NCBI GenBank assembly: GCA_013239625.1
Contig: MU054323.1
Span: 8,979,220 to 9,043,219 of the forward strand
Origin: Lama guanicoe
Lineage: Eukaryota
Direction: 5' to 3'
Length of the DNA stretch: 64,000 nucleotides
The notes under the pieces were generated by a model that did not search any database, had not been told where the DNA came from, and saw only the letters and a program-made list of their open reading frames with translations. Below are positions 51,601-64,000 of the stretch, in pieces. Made by a program: the position numbers and the translations under genes. Every line of letters begins with the position of its first letter. The first letter of the stretch is position 1.

Positions 51601-54600
51601 CCTCATCTGTGAGAAGTAAATCTTTTGTTTTTGCATTTTCCTTTGTTTAGTTATTGGCACGATGCTTGGCTTTTTCAAAAAAAGGTGCTTATACATACTT
51701 CTTTCTGAGTGGTCTTTGATCCATACATTGTGAGGGGTATATATAAACAGTCAGCATGTTAGGGGAGCACTAAGTATTGTAGGGTTCTTTTGTTTGTTTG
51801 TTTAGGTGACCAAAGTAAATATGTGTGTGTAAAAACAGCAGATTTTAAAATTTGGTTTATCAGATACTTGAATTAGTATATCTGCAGCTGATTAAGGATT
51901 ACTCCAGGCCTTTTTTTTTTTTAAACATTGGGATTGTATTGTACATGCTATTTTATAATCTATTTTTTTCTATGCCTTAAAATATTCTTTTAAAATGTGA
52001 TTTTAATAAGAGGCAAAGTGTCCCATCAGATGCATGTGCCTTAATCAATTTAATCAACTCCATCTTATTGTGCATGTAAGTTATTTGTTAATTTTTGCTG
52101 TTATTAACATATTTGTATATAATAAATCTTGGTGCTCACCTCTGATTATTTTCTTTGACTATGTTCCTAGAAGTATAATTTTTAGGCCAAGGAATATGTA
52201 CATTTTTAAAGCTTTTGGTAAGTATCACTGAAAAGTTTTACCTCAAGAGTTGGCCAGTTTTTAAGCTGGACAATTGGCGGTTCTCTGTTAGACATCTGGA
52301 GGCGTATTTATTGAAAACCTAGTTAAGGTTAGTTGAAGCTAATGATGGTAAAACTGGATGATTACGTATGTACTTAGCTTTTCTTGCTTTTGTTTTTGTT
52401 TTCTTGGTTCCCCACCACGAATTAAGTAATACAATATGCTTTGGTTCTGCATTTTATAGAAAACATGTCTCAACTCAGCCAAGTGAAACAAAATAAAGAT
52501 TATCAAGAGATCAGTGAAACAGCTGCATCACGTGAGGAGCCCTCAGGCAAGTAGCACAGGGACCTGGATGCTGCTCCGCAAGCAGGCAGCCGGCTGGTGT
52601 CAGGGAGGAGGGGTGGCAGCGCCCTGAGGGGCACAGACACAGGGTGGATGCCGCTGCCAGGGCTGTGGGCAAAGATGGAATATTTGAGAGGTTCATGTGT
52701 GGTGCCAGCACGTGTGCCTTTCCTTTCCTCCTCAGCCTCTTCCCTGGGCTTCCCCACTCCCTTACCCACAAAGCACCTAATGCCTGCATGCTTCCCTCTG
52801 TCCGTGCAAAGCCCTCCACAGTTTTATGTCTCTTGGAGTTGAATATGTGCCTATCATGGGCGTGATTCCAGCACTATTGAAATAAATTGGCTGAAAGTTT
52901 GGCCTATTAAAAGGACTGTTTTTTTTTTCTCTGGTTTTCTATTGCTTTTAACTATAATGGTTAAATTGTAAAGTAGTAAAATCAGCCCCATTTTCCTTTA
53001 CCTTTTCAAAAGGTGTGATTAAATTCAAGCATAGGATCTGAAAACTAAGGTTATTAATAAAGGGACAGTTCTCTTTATATAGTCTTCATAACAGTAGAAG
53101 GAATTTTTGAGAATTAGATTGTGGCATGTTTTCTTCAATAATTATAATGCTCTCAGGAATTTTTCTCTTCTGTTTTATTTTTCTGAAATAGCTATCACCT
53201 CTTTATTTTCTTTTTCATAAATTAGCATCAAAGAATGAAAATGAGAAAAGCAGAGATGAATTAAAGAAAAAGAAAGCTCCTGGCCCCGGCAAAGTAAGTA
53301 CCTCATAATCTTCACTTCTCTGGAGGTAAAAATGAATCCCCTTGTCGTGGACCTCTTCTGAAAGAGGGATTGTCCTGGCAGAGTTCTCAGCTGCCTTCTA
53401 CCCCCTCTGCTAGAAATCTCTTGTCAGAGTAATGGGAACCCTCCCAAAGTCCAGGTTTCGAGATGCCAGCTAAGGGCCAACCTTGCAAAGAGGCCTTTCA
53501 AAGGATAGCAGGCAGGCTTGCTACGTTAACTCTTTTCTGCACCTGGATCAGAAGGCAAATGTCACATTTTCCTCTGTGTGGGTTGTATCATTTAGAACTC
53601 ATACCTGTGTTGACTGCCCTTTTAAAAAACGATCATTTCAGTCTTACTGGCTGAAAATCAGCTTGTTGAGACTTTTTGGAAAAAAATCAAAGTTCGAAGA
53701 ATGAATGCTCCCCCATTTTTGGGTTACTTTATGTCAAAATCATTAATGGAAACTGTTCTCTCTTAATTTTTATTTGCTAATAGGGATAGGGACAATAATT
53801 CTTAAGAGTTAAAATTCTTTTGAATTAAATAACCTACTTTTCTTTGTAGTTTCTGCCAACACTTTCCTCAAAATATCCAGAAGATGACCCAGATTACTGT
53901 GTGTGGGTCCCACCTGAAGGTAGAATCTTTTTACTTTTCTTTTCCTCTAAGATTAGGTTTCTGAATAGGTAATATATTTAAGGTTTAAAATAAGAAATTT
54001 ACAAGAGTATGTAGTGGAAAAGTCTCCCTTCTGGAGGACCAGGTAGATTAAAAGATACAAAGAGCCATATCAACCAAATATAATTTGTGGATTCTGTTTG
54101 GATCCTTATTCAACCAAACAAGTATTAAAAAAATTACAAGCCAGTCAGATAATTTTGAAGGCTGGCTGGTTATTTGATGATACTAAGAAACTATTGTTAA
54201 TTTTTTAAAAATGTGAGTGATGTTGAGTTATGTTTTTTAGAAAAAGTTCTTATCTCTAGGAATATGTACAGACATGTTCACAGATGGAATGATGTCTGAG
54301 ATTTGGCTTAAAATAATCCAGTGCTGGAGGATGAAGGAGGGGAGGGATAATAGATGAAGCAGGATTTGCCACACATTGATAAAGCTGGGTGCTGGGTACA
54401 TGGAGGTTCGTTATGTTTTGCTCTTCACTTTTGCATGTATTTTAAATTTACAGTTAAGTGAAAAAGAAAAAACTTCTGACTGTTCTTTAGCTGCTCAGTT
54501 TTTTCTCGAAAGACAACCAAATATTAGTTCCTTATAATTTCTTATATGTATTATGTACAATGCCTATGAAAGCCATAAAATACATAATATTTCACCGCTC

Positions 54601-55297
54601 TTTTTACACAAATGGAAGCATATTCTATACCTTACTGTTTTGCACTTAATACTATATGGAAATCTTTCCATAGCTACTTATAGATTTCTTTTTTTTTTAA
54701 TGGTAGCATAGTTCTTTTTTATAGTATAGATATATCTATCTTACTTATTTAATCAGTTCCCTCAATAAATGTTTACTGTGTTTCCAGTCTTTTGCAAGTC
54801 TGCAGTAAGTATCCTCTAATATGTAATTTTGCAAGTGTAGAGGTAGGTGCACTTGTAGAAAAAAATTCATAAAAGTTAACAAACTGGATCAAAAGATACA
54901 AACTTTCTTAAGATACTATAAATTGCATTCTGTAGGGATTATACTAGTTTATGTTCCTACATACACCATTAAGGCAATGTATAAGATGCTTCTTTCTCCA
55001 TATGCTCATCACAGGTTGCTTTTTCTATGGATTGGGTTTCTAATATACTAATTGTCAATAGAAATTTAGTTACTAGAAATGTTTGCTTTTTATATGCTAA
55101 TAAGTATTAGGGTAGAGGTAAAAAGAGGACTGTATTTTGAAGTTGTACACAGAAAGTCTTTTACCTTTTGGTCCACTGATGTCTGAATATCTCCTCCCTC
55201 CTGACTTGGAAATGTGAATGTCTGTCTGTCTTTTCACTCTGATCTAGGCCAAAGTGGAGATGGCAGGACCCATCTTAATGACAAATATGGCTATTGA
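35883..55297 (+). CDS. SLC4A1AP: Kanadaptin (SLC4A1 adaptor protein), FHA-domain protein, 739 aa from MADS (alternative upstream in-frame ATG at 35811), 14 coding exons
   Basis: Exons 35883-36545, 36784-36976, 38616-38738, 39532-39592, 39931-40070, 43319-43479, 44575-44644, 45007-45193, 48336-48447, 50436-50670, 52460-52546, 53226-53293, 53850-53919, 55248-55297 (2220 nt, phases consistent). FHA motifs [21 protein letters not shown]-terminus [21 protein letters not shown]. Confidence 0.96.
37249..37397 (-). mobile_element. tRNA(Ala)-derived SINE (same family)
   Basis: Reverse complement GGGGAGGGTATAGCTCAAGTGGTAGAGC...GGTTCAATCCCCAG; TSD TATAGTTT(G/A)TTATT at 37235 and 37398. Confidence 0.85.
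37805..38066. mobile_element. MER33-like hAT MITE (a MER3-like copy lies at ~46030-46215)
   Basis: CTGTCCATTATGGTAGTCACCAGCCACATGTGG...TGTAAAATACACACTGGATTTCAAAGA. Confidence 0.65.
42842..43165 (-). mobile_element. L1MA/MB 3' fragment inserted into an older L1 remnant
   Basis: TTTATTGTGGTAAAATATATGTAACATAAAATTTACC tail motif; 17-bp TSD TTAGCCCTTTGTTTTAA (42825-42841, 43166-43182). Confidence 0.75.
43857..44178 (-). mobile_element. Internally deleted Tigger1 derivative
   Basis: TIRs CAGGCCCACCTC...GAGGTATGCCTG|TA; subterminal CAATAAAG repeats typical of Tigger1. Confidence 0.75.
47807..47839 (+). repeat. (AC)n microsatellite followed by poly-T
   Basis: About 11 AC units, then a T run. Confidence 0.9.
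48700..48815 (-). mobile_element. Very short L1 3' tail insertion
   Basis: T-rich tail + AATTGAAGT..TTTACAATGTTG..TTTCTGGTGTACAGCATA; TSD CAGA(A/G)TACCAATTT at 48686 and 48816. Confidence 0.7.
49250..49641. mobile_element. MLT1A-like solo LTR (ERVL-MaLR)
   Basis: AGGGCTGCCATGACAAAATACCACAGACT...AGAAATTTATT...GGGACACAGTTCAGCCCATAA. Confidence 0.75.
50502..50546 (+). repeat. GAG/GAA repeat coding the poly-Glu tract in SLC4A1AP exon 10
   Basis: Encodes [15 protein letters not shown]. Confidence 0.9.
53375..53542. mobile_element. MER21-like LTR fragment
   Basis: AGATGCCAGCTAAGGGCCAACCTTGCAA...GTTAACTCTTTTCTGCAC terminus. Confidence 0.55.
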
Positions 55298-55563
55298 TTG
55301 CTTCCAAATCCCAAAGGAAGACCTGGTGGACCATGTGACATGGGATATTTGAATAATACATCAAGTTGAATGTCCAGAGAAGGAGTTCAGGTGATCATTT
55401 GTAAAATATGGTGACTGGCCTTTTCTTCTGTGATCTTGGCTTCCTAAATTTATCTGCCTATCTGATTCTCTTGAATTTGGTATTTATGTTTAAAAGTGTT
55501 TGTGTATGTATGTAAAAAGGAACCATATTTTTTGAGAGTTAGTAACATGAGAGACAAGGCTCT

Positions 55564-55569
55564 ATTAAA
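55564..55569 (+). terminator. Candidate polyadenylation signal ATTAAA of SLC4A1AP
   Basis: ATTAAA about 270 nt after the stop, followed by GT/T-rich sequence. Confidence 0.5.
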
Positions 55570-57189
55570 ATAAGAAGGTGAAGGTGTCTCATGTTTATTT
55601 AAGGCCACAATGTCTTTCTTAAGCTTTAGGGACTATACTTTTCCTGAGCAATAGGGTGCTTCTGGCAGTTAGACTCTTAAGATTCACTGATAGTTTTCTC
55701 CTCAAATAAGTGTTGAAAGATGAGGCCATGCCATGGATGTGACCCTGGGTGTCCCTGTCATTCTTGGAACTACAAATAGATACACAGTGGGGCCTCCTAC
55801 TCCCTCCCACTGTAATCCTTTTGCCAGGTTTGAGAACAGACCCTGACTTATCAGGAGACAGGTCAGACCATAGCACATCTCATGCTGTCAGGTACCAATC
55901 CTGATAGAAAAAAGTCAGTCTTTTGAATATCCTGGACTCTGACCAATCAGGTTAGTCACTCCTCCAGTGGAAAGGTGCAAATAAGGTCATAGAGTGAAAA
56001 ACTGAATGTGTTTTGCCCACTGTGGGGCTTCTCACCTCTGTAGAGAGGGAAATAAAAGTTCCTTCCTCTCTGGAAATATGGAGAAATGCAAGAATATGTC
56101 TTATTCCCAACCCGCACTCCCCTCTCCCCATCATTAGTGCCTCACTTTCACAGGAAAGGAAAGCCTAAGAGTGGAAGCAGGGTGGAGAGCCTGAGGACTG
56201 GGCTGGAGGCAGACAAAGTGAGCAGGGAGGAGGAAGGCTGTGGCCCAGCAAGAGAGACTGGATGAGGATGGTGCCTTCCCAGGATGGATTATGCTGGATG
56301 CATGAGGTGGGCAGGAAGCAGCAGTGAGGAGCTTCAGTTACTCTGACCGATGTCTGGTCTGTTAAAAATAAGTCTTTCATTTCTCAAAAAACAGTACCAG
56401 TATTGGTATTATGAGACTGTTAATTTGCACGTCACTTAGACCAACAGGAAGAACTTGTTGACGATGTAAAAAGTGACAGCAATTTGGCAGCAGAGTGACC
56501 GTGCTATCTTGGTTCAAAACAGTGGATAAAGGTCTGAGCCAGATCAGTGGTCTTCAAAGGTGAAACTCTTTATTCAAACAAAACTGTATACGGGATCCTA
56601 ATATTAGAACAGGTTAAAAATATGCCTGCTCTGGTTGAAATGAGGGCACAGGGATTGGATCTGCACACACAAACCTTCATGCATACAATCCCTTCCTCCT
56701 CATTCCACACTCACAAGGACCCTGAGGAGTCCTAGAAGCTCCACAGAGCGTAGTCTGCTTTAGGGAGGTAGGTTTCTAAATGTTCTGAGAGCAGTGGGTT
56801 TGGTCCTGTGTCTAGAGACCCTGAAGGCAAAAAGGACTCCAGAGGCCAAAATAAAATATAAATGTGTAGCTTGTACAATTAACGTTAGTGGTCAGTGCAC
56901 TTGATTCAAAAGACCTGCACATGAGTCTCAGCTTCCCTTTGCTAAATAGGACTTTGGGGACATGACTTAAATTCCCTGAGCCTCAGTTCTGTCATGTGTG
57001 AAGCAGGGACAGTAATGCTTCCTGCTCTTTGAACCTCAGATTTGTTCCAGGATCGAATGAGATCATGTCGATGGGTGTGCTTCACGGGGCTTTGTAGATA
57101 TGGTAGTTGTTATTCATTACAAAAAGGAGATAAGTCCTGACATCTGGGCTGACTTCTTGTCTGTGAGAGAGGAGACTGGATTAGATCAG

Positions 57190-58340
57190 CGATTCTCCAC
57201 TGTAGCTGCATATTAGAATCACTTAGGGAAATTTTTAAAGTTTTTAATTGTAATGCTTGGATCCACGTCAGATTAATTTAGTCAGAATCTCTGAGGTGAT
57301 CCCTTTTAAAAGCACTCCAGGTGATTTTAACGTGCAGCCCATAGTGGAGAACCTGTAGAGCAGAGTCAGCCAAACTTTCCTAATGACGGCCAGGTATTTT
57401 AGGTTCTGCAAGCCACACAATCTGTCACAACTACTCAACTCTGCTAAGGTACAGACGGCAGAGACAATACACAAATGAATGAGTGTAACTGTGTTCCAGT
57501 AAATATCTACTGATAAAAACAGGTGGCAGGCCAGGTTTGGCCTAACCCCAGCTCTAGGCTAATTCATCTTCAGTGTCTCATCTGGCACAAGATATTCCTT
57601 ACAACATCTTTAAGATATTTGAAAAGTTTCTATTCAAAGGGCTAATTATCCCCTTGTGAACTATATGGGTTGTAGTTTTGTGGTTACCAGAGATCAAAGT
57701 GATCCATTCTCCTTTTCACAGAAACAAAAGGAAAGTTATTAGTCATTACAGAAAACATTGTTACAGCAAGAACACAACTGGTTAATTGTAAGCAAGGTGT
57801 GCCCGGACAGCTCTCCTGGCCTCCCAGGAATTCTGTATCATATCTGCCTCCATATTTAAAGAGCAATGGGAAGCCACAGGGGTGTTAGTGATGGTGAAAC
57901 GGTCAGATTTGCGTCTTTAAAGGAACACTCAAGCTACAGTGCGGAGGAAGGATGAAAGAGGGTGAGAGGATGCAGGAAGACCAGTCAGAAGTTTGCTGCA
58001 AAAGTCCAGGTGAAAGATGATGGCAGCTTGAACTAAGTGGAGATTGAGATGCAAAGACAGAAAGAGGTCCCTGCAATATTTTAACAAGTAGAATGGCTAA
58101 GGTCAAGTGATGGATTGTCTGGGAGTGATGGGGAAGGAAGGCTGAAGGGTGATTTCCCAGTTGGCTGGCTTATACATCTGAATAGGGGAATGGCATCATT
58201 TGCCGAGATGAGAGGACGCTGGAGGAGGAGAAATTGTCCATTTGGACAAGTTGAACTTAATGAACTCCAAGACATCTAAGTAAAGATGTCCAGAAAGCAG
58301 TTAGATACAGAGGTCTGGATCTCAGAAGAGGGCCCGAGAA
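57190..58340. mobile_element. Cluster of MER5-like, MER58-like and L2 remnants
   Basis: ATTAGAATCACTTAGGG/CCAGGTGATTTTAA; TATTTTAGGTT..CACAACTACTCAACTCTGC; GCAATGGGAAGCCAC..GGTCAGATTTGCGT motifs. Confidence 0.55.
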
Positions 58341-61300
58341 AGGTTTCAGTCTTCTACTGGGTGAATCTGAGTCAGGTGAGCTTAAAGACCAAGTGGCAGG
58401 CAGGAATTTTGCAGGTAGACCTCTGTCTTAGACAGCTGGCCTTCATATCTTTGGTATTGGGAACAAAGTTTTTCTTGGCTATGGGTACTCATTTATTCGG
58501 GGAAAAGTAAAGTAAGTGCCACAGTGAGCAGCATTCTGGAAAGAAAAGGTCAGGAGTATGTATTTAACATTAAAACAAATCTCTTTGACTGCTTTAGGAA
58601 ATTTCTAAGGATTTTTCACGGTGCCTGGTATATGTAGTAAGTGTTGAGTGCCTGCTATAAATATTTTTCCCGGAATTGTCCCGATCTAGGAGAGGAAGTA
58701 TGAAGTCCCATTGTCTCCTTGTCGCCCAAGCCTTTACCCATCACTACTTCACTGGAACTGGATGGAGTTAGCTCTTTGGGAAATATGACACAATTCTCAT
58801 CAAACTTTGAAGCTATTAGCCACAGCCTGGGGATGTGTTGCTTTACCATTGAAATACTGCCACCTCCCGGATAGGGTGTGACAAGTGACCAGCAGCTGTG
58901 GACGGCTTCCTGAGTGTAGGAGCCAGAAGGAAGCCTGCCAGCCCTGTGGCAGTCAAAAGCAGGAATCCAAACCCCTGGTGGGGCTGAGTTCCCATACAAG
59001 GTTTGGTTCAACCCTGTTTGACCAAACAGCCTAGACCAAACCAGGCTTGACGAATTGCTGGGAAATGACATATAAGTCTCCTTAACCTTTGAAGGGTGGG
59101 TCACAGCATCAAACTGGTATGATGTGTTCTTGTGACAGGCTGCTCTTTGATCCTGAGGTTCCTCACTTGTTGTGGGCAGAGAACCATTTTCAAGGTTTCT
59201 TCTCGGCAATCTGAGTAGGCTTTGCCTGGCTTTGATTTTAGAGGCTTAGCACAACCACAGCCTGGATAGGACTGAGACTTCTATTCCATGTGAGACCAGA
59301 AGTCTTTCTTCCCCAGGAGGACCTGGCATTGGTGACAGGTTTGAGGATTCAGCATGTGATGAGGGGACAGTGGTTTCCACGGAGGGTAGCTCCACCTTCT
59401 TCGTCCCCCAAGTCAGTCTTAACAGTTTCTCCATGTAGAGGTTTTAGGATTCATTCCTCTACATTGCCCACTGCCCTGACCCAAGCTCCCCTTGCCTCTT
59501 GACTCCTCACACACCTCCCACCCTCTTGTCCCTGCCTCATCAAGCTCTCCTCCACACATCTGGGTTATCCTGAAATGATCACTGAGCAGAACCCTTTGCT
59601 CTGAAATCTCAAAAGATTCTCCATTATCCAAATTCATTCGAGGCTTTAAAAATCCCTTATCATAGGGTTCCTGTACTTTTGGATCATCATAACTCATCCC
59701 CATCTGCCCTTGTGCCTTTCTGCCACTTGACCAAGTGTACCCGATATTCTGGTAATAGATTATTTGCCCCAAACACAACTTTTTCTTTTACTTCTTCCTA
59801 TATGTTCCATCAAACCTTGCTGTACATGGCCTTGAGCCTCGGTTTCCTTGTCTATTTAACAGACAACATAATAGCTAACTCATAGTATCGTGGAGCTATC
59901 TATTAAAACCTTTAGCCATGCTTCACACATAATCCACTCCCCAAAATGTAGTTGTTATTAGTGTCATTGTGGTCTTCCTTGCCCATGTCTGTCTGCTGGG
60001 AAGATTCTACCCATTTTTTTAAAGTTCAGCTTGAGTCTCACTATCTTCAGGAAACCCTGATCCCCTGGATGTCACTAATCTCTCATTCCCCACCAGCTCT
60101 ACAGCACTTTATTTCTACTTTTGTGGTAACCCTTGCTCAGATGGCCTGATACCTGTTAATTATATGTATGCTTGGTTTATTTATGTTTATGAACATTATG
60201 AGTTGGGGACAGACACTATCTTATTTTATACCCCACCTGCACCCCGTGGCACCTACTAGTTCACAAAATAGGTGCTCACCTAACTGTTGCTTTACATGAG
60301 TCAGGGTTAGAGGTCAGCTTCTAATCCTGGCCCTCCCTACCTTTGGGTTTTCTGGGCAGAGAAGGGACCTTAGAGCTGCTTTCATCTCCAGAACTTATTC
60401 CAGACGAGCTGGACAATCTAGGAACTAACCATTTTAGCAGGGTTAATGCAGATAGAAGCCTGGGTTCCTGTCCTATTTGGGGCAAAATCAGGCAGAACTA
60501 CCTCTTCCCGTCAAGGAGCTCCAGACTTCAGCAGCTGGCTTTAATTTGGGCTTTAAGTCCTCTGCTGGCCCTGGAAAATCTTGATCTTGAGGGTTGGCTG
60601 TGGTTTCCTCAGACTGTCACGCACACCCCTTCAAGTCAATGCAGCTGTGACAGAGAATGGCCACAAGAGGGCAGTAAAGACCTATCACTATGCAGCAACT
60701 TGCAAGTGGGGCCTTTTAGATGACAAATGTTTCAAAGCAGAAGATAGTAAGAATCAGTGAAGAAAAGCAGGATTCTGAAGGAGTTCAGGGCAGCAGGCGA
60801 TTCAGGTGACCAGCGTCTTTGCAGGCAAAGACCTGGAAGCAGCAAATTAGGTCTGGTAAGGACCAGATGGTGCTCCCCAAATCTCTTCCCAGCCTGTTGT
60901 TTCTAGTGCTTAGTTTCCCCTGGAGAAAGTCATTCTCCAGTCGTAATGCAAATATTCTATAGAGGAGTTTGGGCATTGCCTATTCATTACTTACAGTCTA
61001 TTACAGAGGATTTTTTCACTATCCCTCCCCTCACTTCCCATCTTTATTGAGGAATAATTGACAAAATTGTATATAATAAAGGTGTACTTAATATTTTGAT
61101 ATATCACACTCATTTTGAAAATCCGAACTTCCAGTCAGTTTTAAAAGGTAAAAAGAAGAGATATTATCACCTTTGTTTAGGGAAACTGAGGCCCAGAAAC
61201 ATGAAGTGACTTGTCCAAAGGCATGCCAATGCCAAGATCATAGTGGAACCGCCTAAAGTTTCTCCGATTCCAGATCCTTTGCTTCTTCCTTCTAGTTTTC

Positions 61301-62961
61301 AGTTGTTTGTTGTAAGTTTTGTCAGTTTCAAGAGCAAACACTACACCTGCTTCCTCTTTTTGTCTCTGAGTGGTGCCCCCTTAATCTTTAGGACTGTGAG
61401 TGGGAGTGTTGTCTGAGGCTCTGCCCCTTAGGAGTTGGGTTCCATGATCTCTCTCTTACCCTCCCTGATTCAGTAATTCTGTGATTTGGAGGCACAGCCC
61501 TAACAACGACAGTGGTGGCCCTGAGTGATCCTACTGGCTGAGCATTTCAACAAGGGCAGCCACTTGGCTGCCAGCCTGTGAAGGTCCATGGTTAGTAATG
61601 CAGGGAGGGTGGAGGACAGTTGGACAGTTTCCCAAAGTGTGCTCTAGTATCCCTGGCGTTATGAGAGTTGACTTTAGGGGAGGAGGATGAAAATGCTTAA
61701 TTTTAGCAGTTACACATAAATAGACATGTTATTATGTATACAAATACACACATACATATTGTTATGTAGTTATATATTAGAATGAGGTCAATTTTTAAAG
61801 TGAGTTTATTTAGGGAAAAACATTAAGTAAATAACAGTGTGGTGAGATGCAACAGGACCCAAAGTGTGAAGCAGGTATACAGTGAGTGAAGTTCAAGGAA
61901 CTGTGGTGAGGTGGGAAGATGTTGTAACCAGAATCACAAAACTAATTTCAAGTCTGGCCCTGTGACCCTTAAGCCATGTAATCCTGATTAAGTCACTGAC
62001 CTTCAGTAAGTCTCAGTTTTCTCATCTTCTAAGTCAGAAAATAATTCTTGCCCTCCTTAACTCAAATGAGGATAAATGAAAGCATGCTGCAGCCTGGAAA
62101 AGCTCTGTGCAAGGATCCGGTGGTGCTAATTTCATGATTCCAGGTTTTACCAAGGTCTATGCAGGACCTCTTTTTTACCACCCCAGAGGATGCCTTCCAA
62201 GCTAGTGTCCATTTCCCAGATCCCAAGGACTGAGTCCAGTTCAGTTTATTGTCCACACCTGGGTCTGCCATTCTGAGGATGGGGAAGGTTTTTGGAGAAA
62301 TCTTGGAATCAGTCTGGGAACAAGTCCCAACACGTCACTGTTTGCTTTGTCATCCTGAGTCGATGACCTCATACAAGGAAGGGAGGGAGCAGAAGGAGCT
62401 GTTCTCTTCCAGATACCTAAGGAGGCTTCTGACATCTACTGTTTTCCTTGTCATGAGAAGAGCAGGCGCCAGGCTGCGATTTTTAAGGTCTGAGCTAATC
62501 CTGGAAGTGAAGGAGAACAGCACCTCCCACAACTGGCCAGACTCTGCTTCTTGGCGAGCTTTCTGGAGCAAAGGCCAGAGGGGGCTGCAGTGGGCACTGG
62601 AATCCAGGCTGTTGCCACTGCTCCCTGGAGGGGCTCCAGAATATACAACCTTGTTCCCGGTTCTGACCAGTCTTAGTGCTACTCGGGTGAATGCTAAGGA
62701 TTGGCATGTCTCTCAGGGGAAAAGAGCCTGAGACTAAGACAGCTCCTGGATTGGTTCTTGGTCTGGTCCCCATGGGACAGCCAATTAGGGATGGGTTGAC
62801 AGAGGCTTCAGTGGCCCCTGTGTCATCTTCATGTACTCCTACATCTTCACACATTCACAGTATTCAATGAATACTTTCTGAGCACCTAGTGTGTACCAAG
62901 CCTTTTGGGGTAATGAAGCAGCCATGTGTATCAAAAAGCTGCACAGGACCTTCAGGTCACC

Positions 62962-63435
62962 TTTTTTTTGTTTTAATTCAAAAGGATTTATTAAAAAACC
63001 AGTAAAACACTACTACATTATGACACTGTCACACTGGGCTTTTAGCACAAGACTTGCTCTACAGTATGGGGCGGGGCATAAAACACAAACTGATTTTGAA
63101 GCATAGCAATTAAGAAAACAATAAAAGCAAATTTCTTTTAATGAAAACTCAGAATTAAACTTCAGAGAGACCCAACATCATACTTCCATTCAGGTGCATG
63201 ATAGAAAAAATTTGGTTTGAACTGCTGTTAGCAGGTGGCAGGAGCCACCTTCAAATGAATCTTCAATTTGGAAAATACTGCCTCACCACCTGTTGGGGAT
63301 AAGTTGTAAATGAATAATTTAGTATGGTTTGCAGCTAGTTTGATGACCACCTCGCCTGGCTACTTTCCCGTAACCACGCTACTGGTCGCCATGATCACCG
63401 TATCCACAGTAGTTGTTGTAACCAGTGTAGTCATA
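62962..63435 (-). pseudogene. HNRNPD: 5'-truncated processed pseudogene of HNRNPD (AUF1): C-terminal codons plus 3'UTR
   Basis: Minus strand 63435-63319 translates YDYTGYNNYCGYGDHGDQ*RGYGKVARRGGHQTSCKPY* (recalled HNRNPD end: YDYTGYNNYYGYGDYSNQQSGYGKVSRRGGHQNSYKPY*); AATAAA 62992-62987; A-tail; TSD GTCACCTTTTT at 62956-62966 and 63440-63450. Confidence 0.9.
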
Positions 63436-64000
63436 CAGAGTCACCTTTTTACCCCTGGGATTCCTTCTGTCATTCTTACCCCACCCCTGCTACTACCCTG
63501 GACCTAATTAATGTTTAAATAAATTATTTTGTAAGCCAAACAAATTGCATTTTTAAGATAACCACTTCCAAGATTTTTGTAATCAAATATTTATGTAACT
63601 GCAAATAAGTGCTTCTGACCCGCACGAAATAATAACTAGCATGACTACACTGAGTTAGTGTTCCAGTCAGACAAAAGCAAAGAAATTCAGCAGTTGAGCT
63701 ATCCTGTTTATCCTGGTCGGGCTTTTTAAAATTTAAAGAGTAGCTGGCAGACTACTGGAGGAGTCAGTTCAAGGTTTTAGAGGTAGTGACATAACAGCTG
63801 GGTTTTGAAGGATAAGCAAGAGTTCACAAGCAGAGAGAAAGAGGTCGCTGTAGGCAGAGGGGGGCAGAACCATCCAGGTGCGGGGCCCAGCACCTCCGTC
63901 CCTGGGCTGATTAAGTGGATCAGGCTGTGGCTTGAACTCAGAAATTAGTAGAAGCTGGGGGTTTGCAATGGAGCTAACGAGGGTGGAGACTAGAATTAGG

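Noticed and set aside
63310..63507. 65-aa hydrophobic + strand ORF
   Set aside because: Antisense reading of the HNRNPD retrocopy running into flank
1..64000. CRISPR arrays, prokaryotic systems or horizontally acquired DNA
   Set aside because: No repeat-spacer arrays or operon-like ORFs; the sequence is explained by mammalian genes and repeats

Overview
Mammalian genomic DNA, probably camelid judging from its tRNA-Ala-like SINEs. The window holds the conserved gene cluster CCDC121(-) / GPN1(+) / SUPT7L(-) / SLC4A1AP(+), arranged as two head-to-head pairs on CpG islands, with GPN1 and SUPT7L tail-to-tail. All four CDSs could be rebuilt exon by exon with consistent phases (483 or 277, 374, 412 and 739 aa). 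Notable extras are a U12-type intron in GPN1, two GC-AG introns in SLC4A1AP, a near full-length cyclin E1 retrocopy lying antisense in a SUPT7L intron, a 5'-truncated HNRNPD retrocopy, and many L1/L2/MIR/LTR/DNA-transposon remnants. Gene and repeat names come from recall of orthologous sequences, not from a database search. I found no evidence for a wholly new biological system; the best candidates for undescribed biology are lineage-specific retro-insertions and possible alternative RNA processing.
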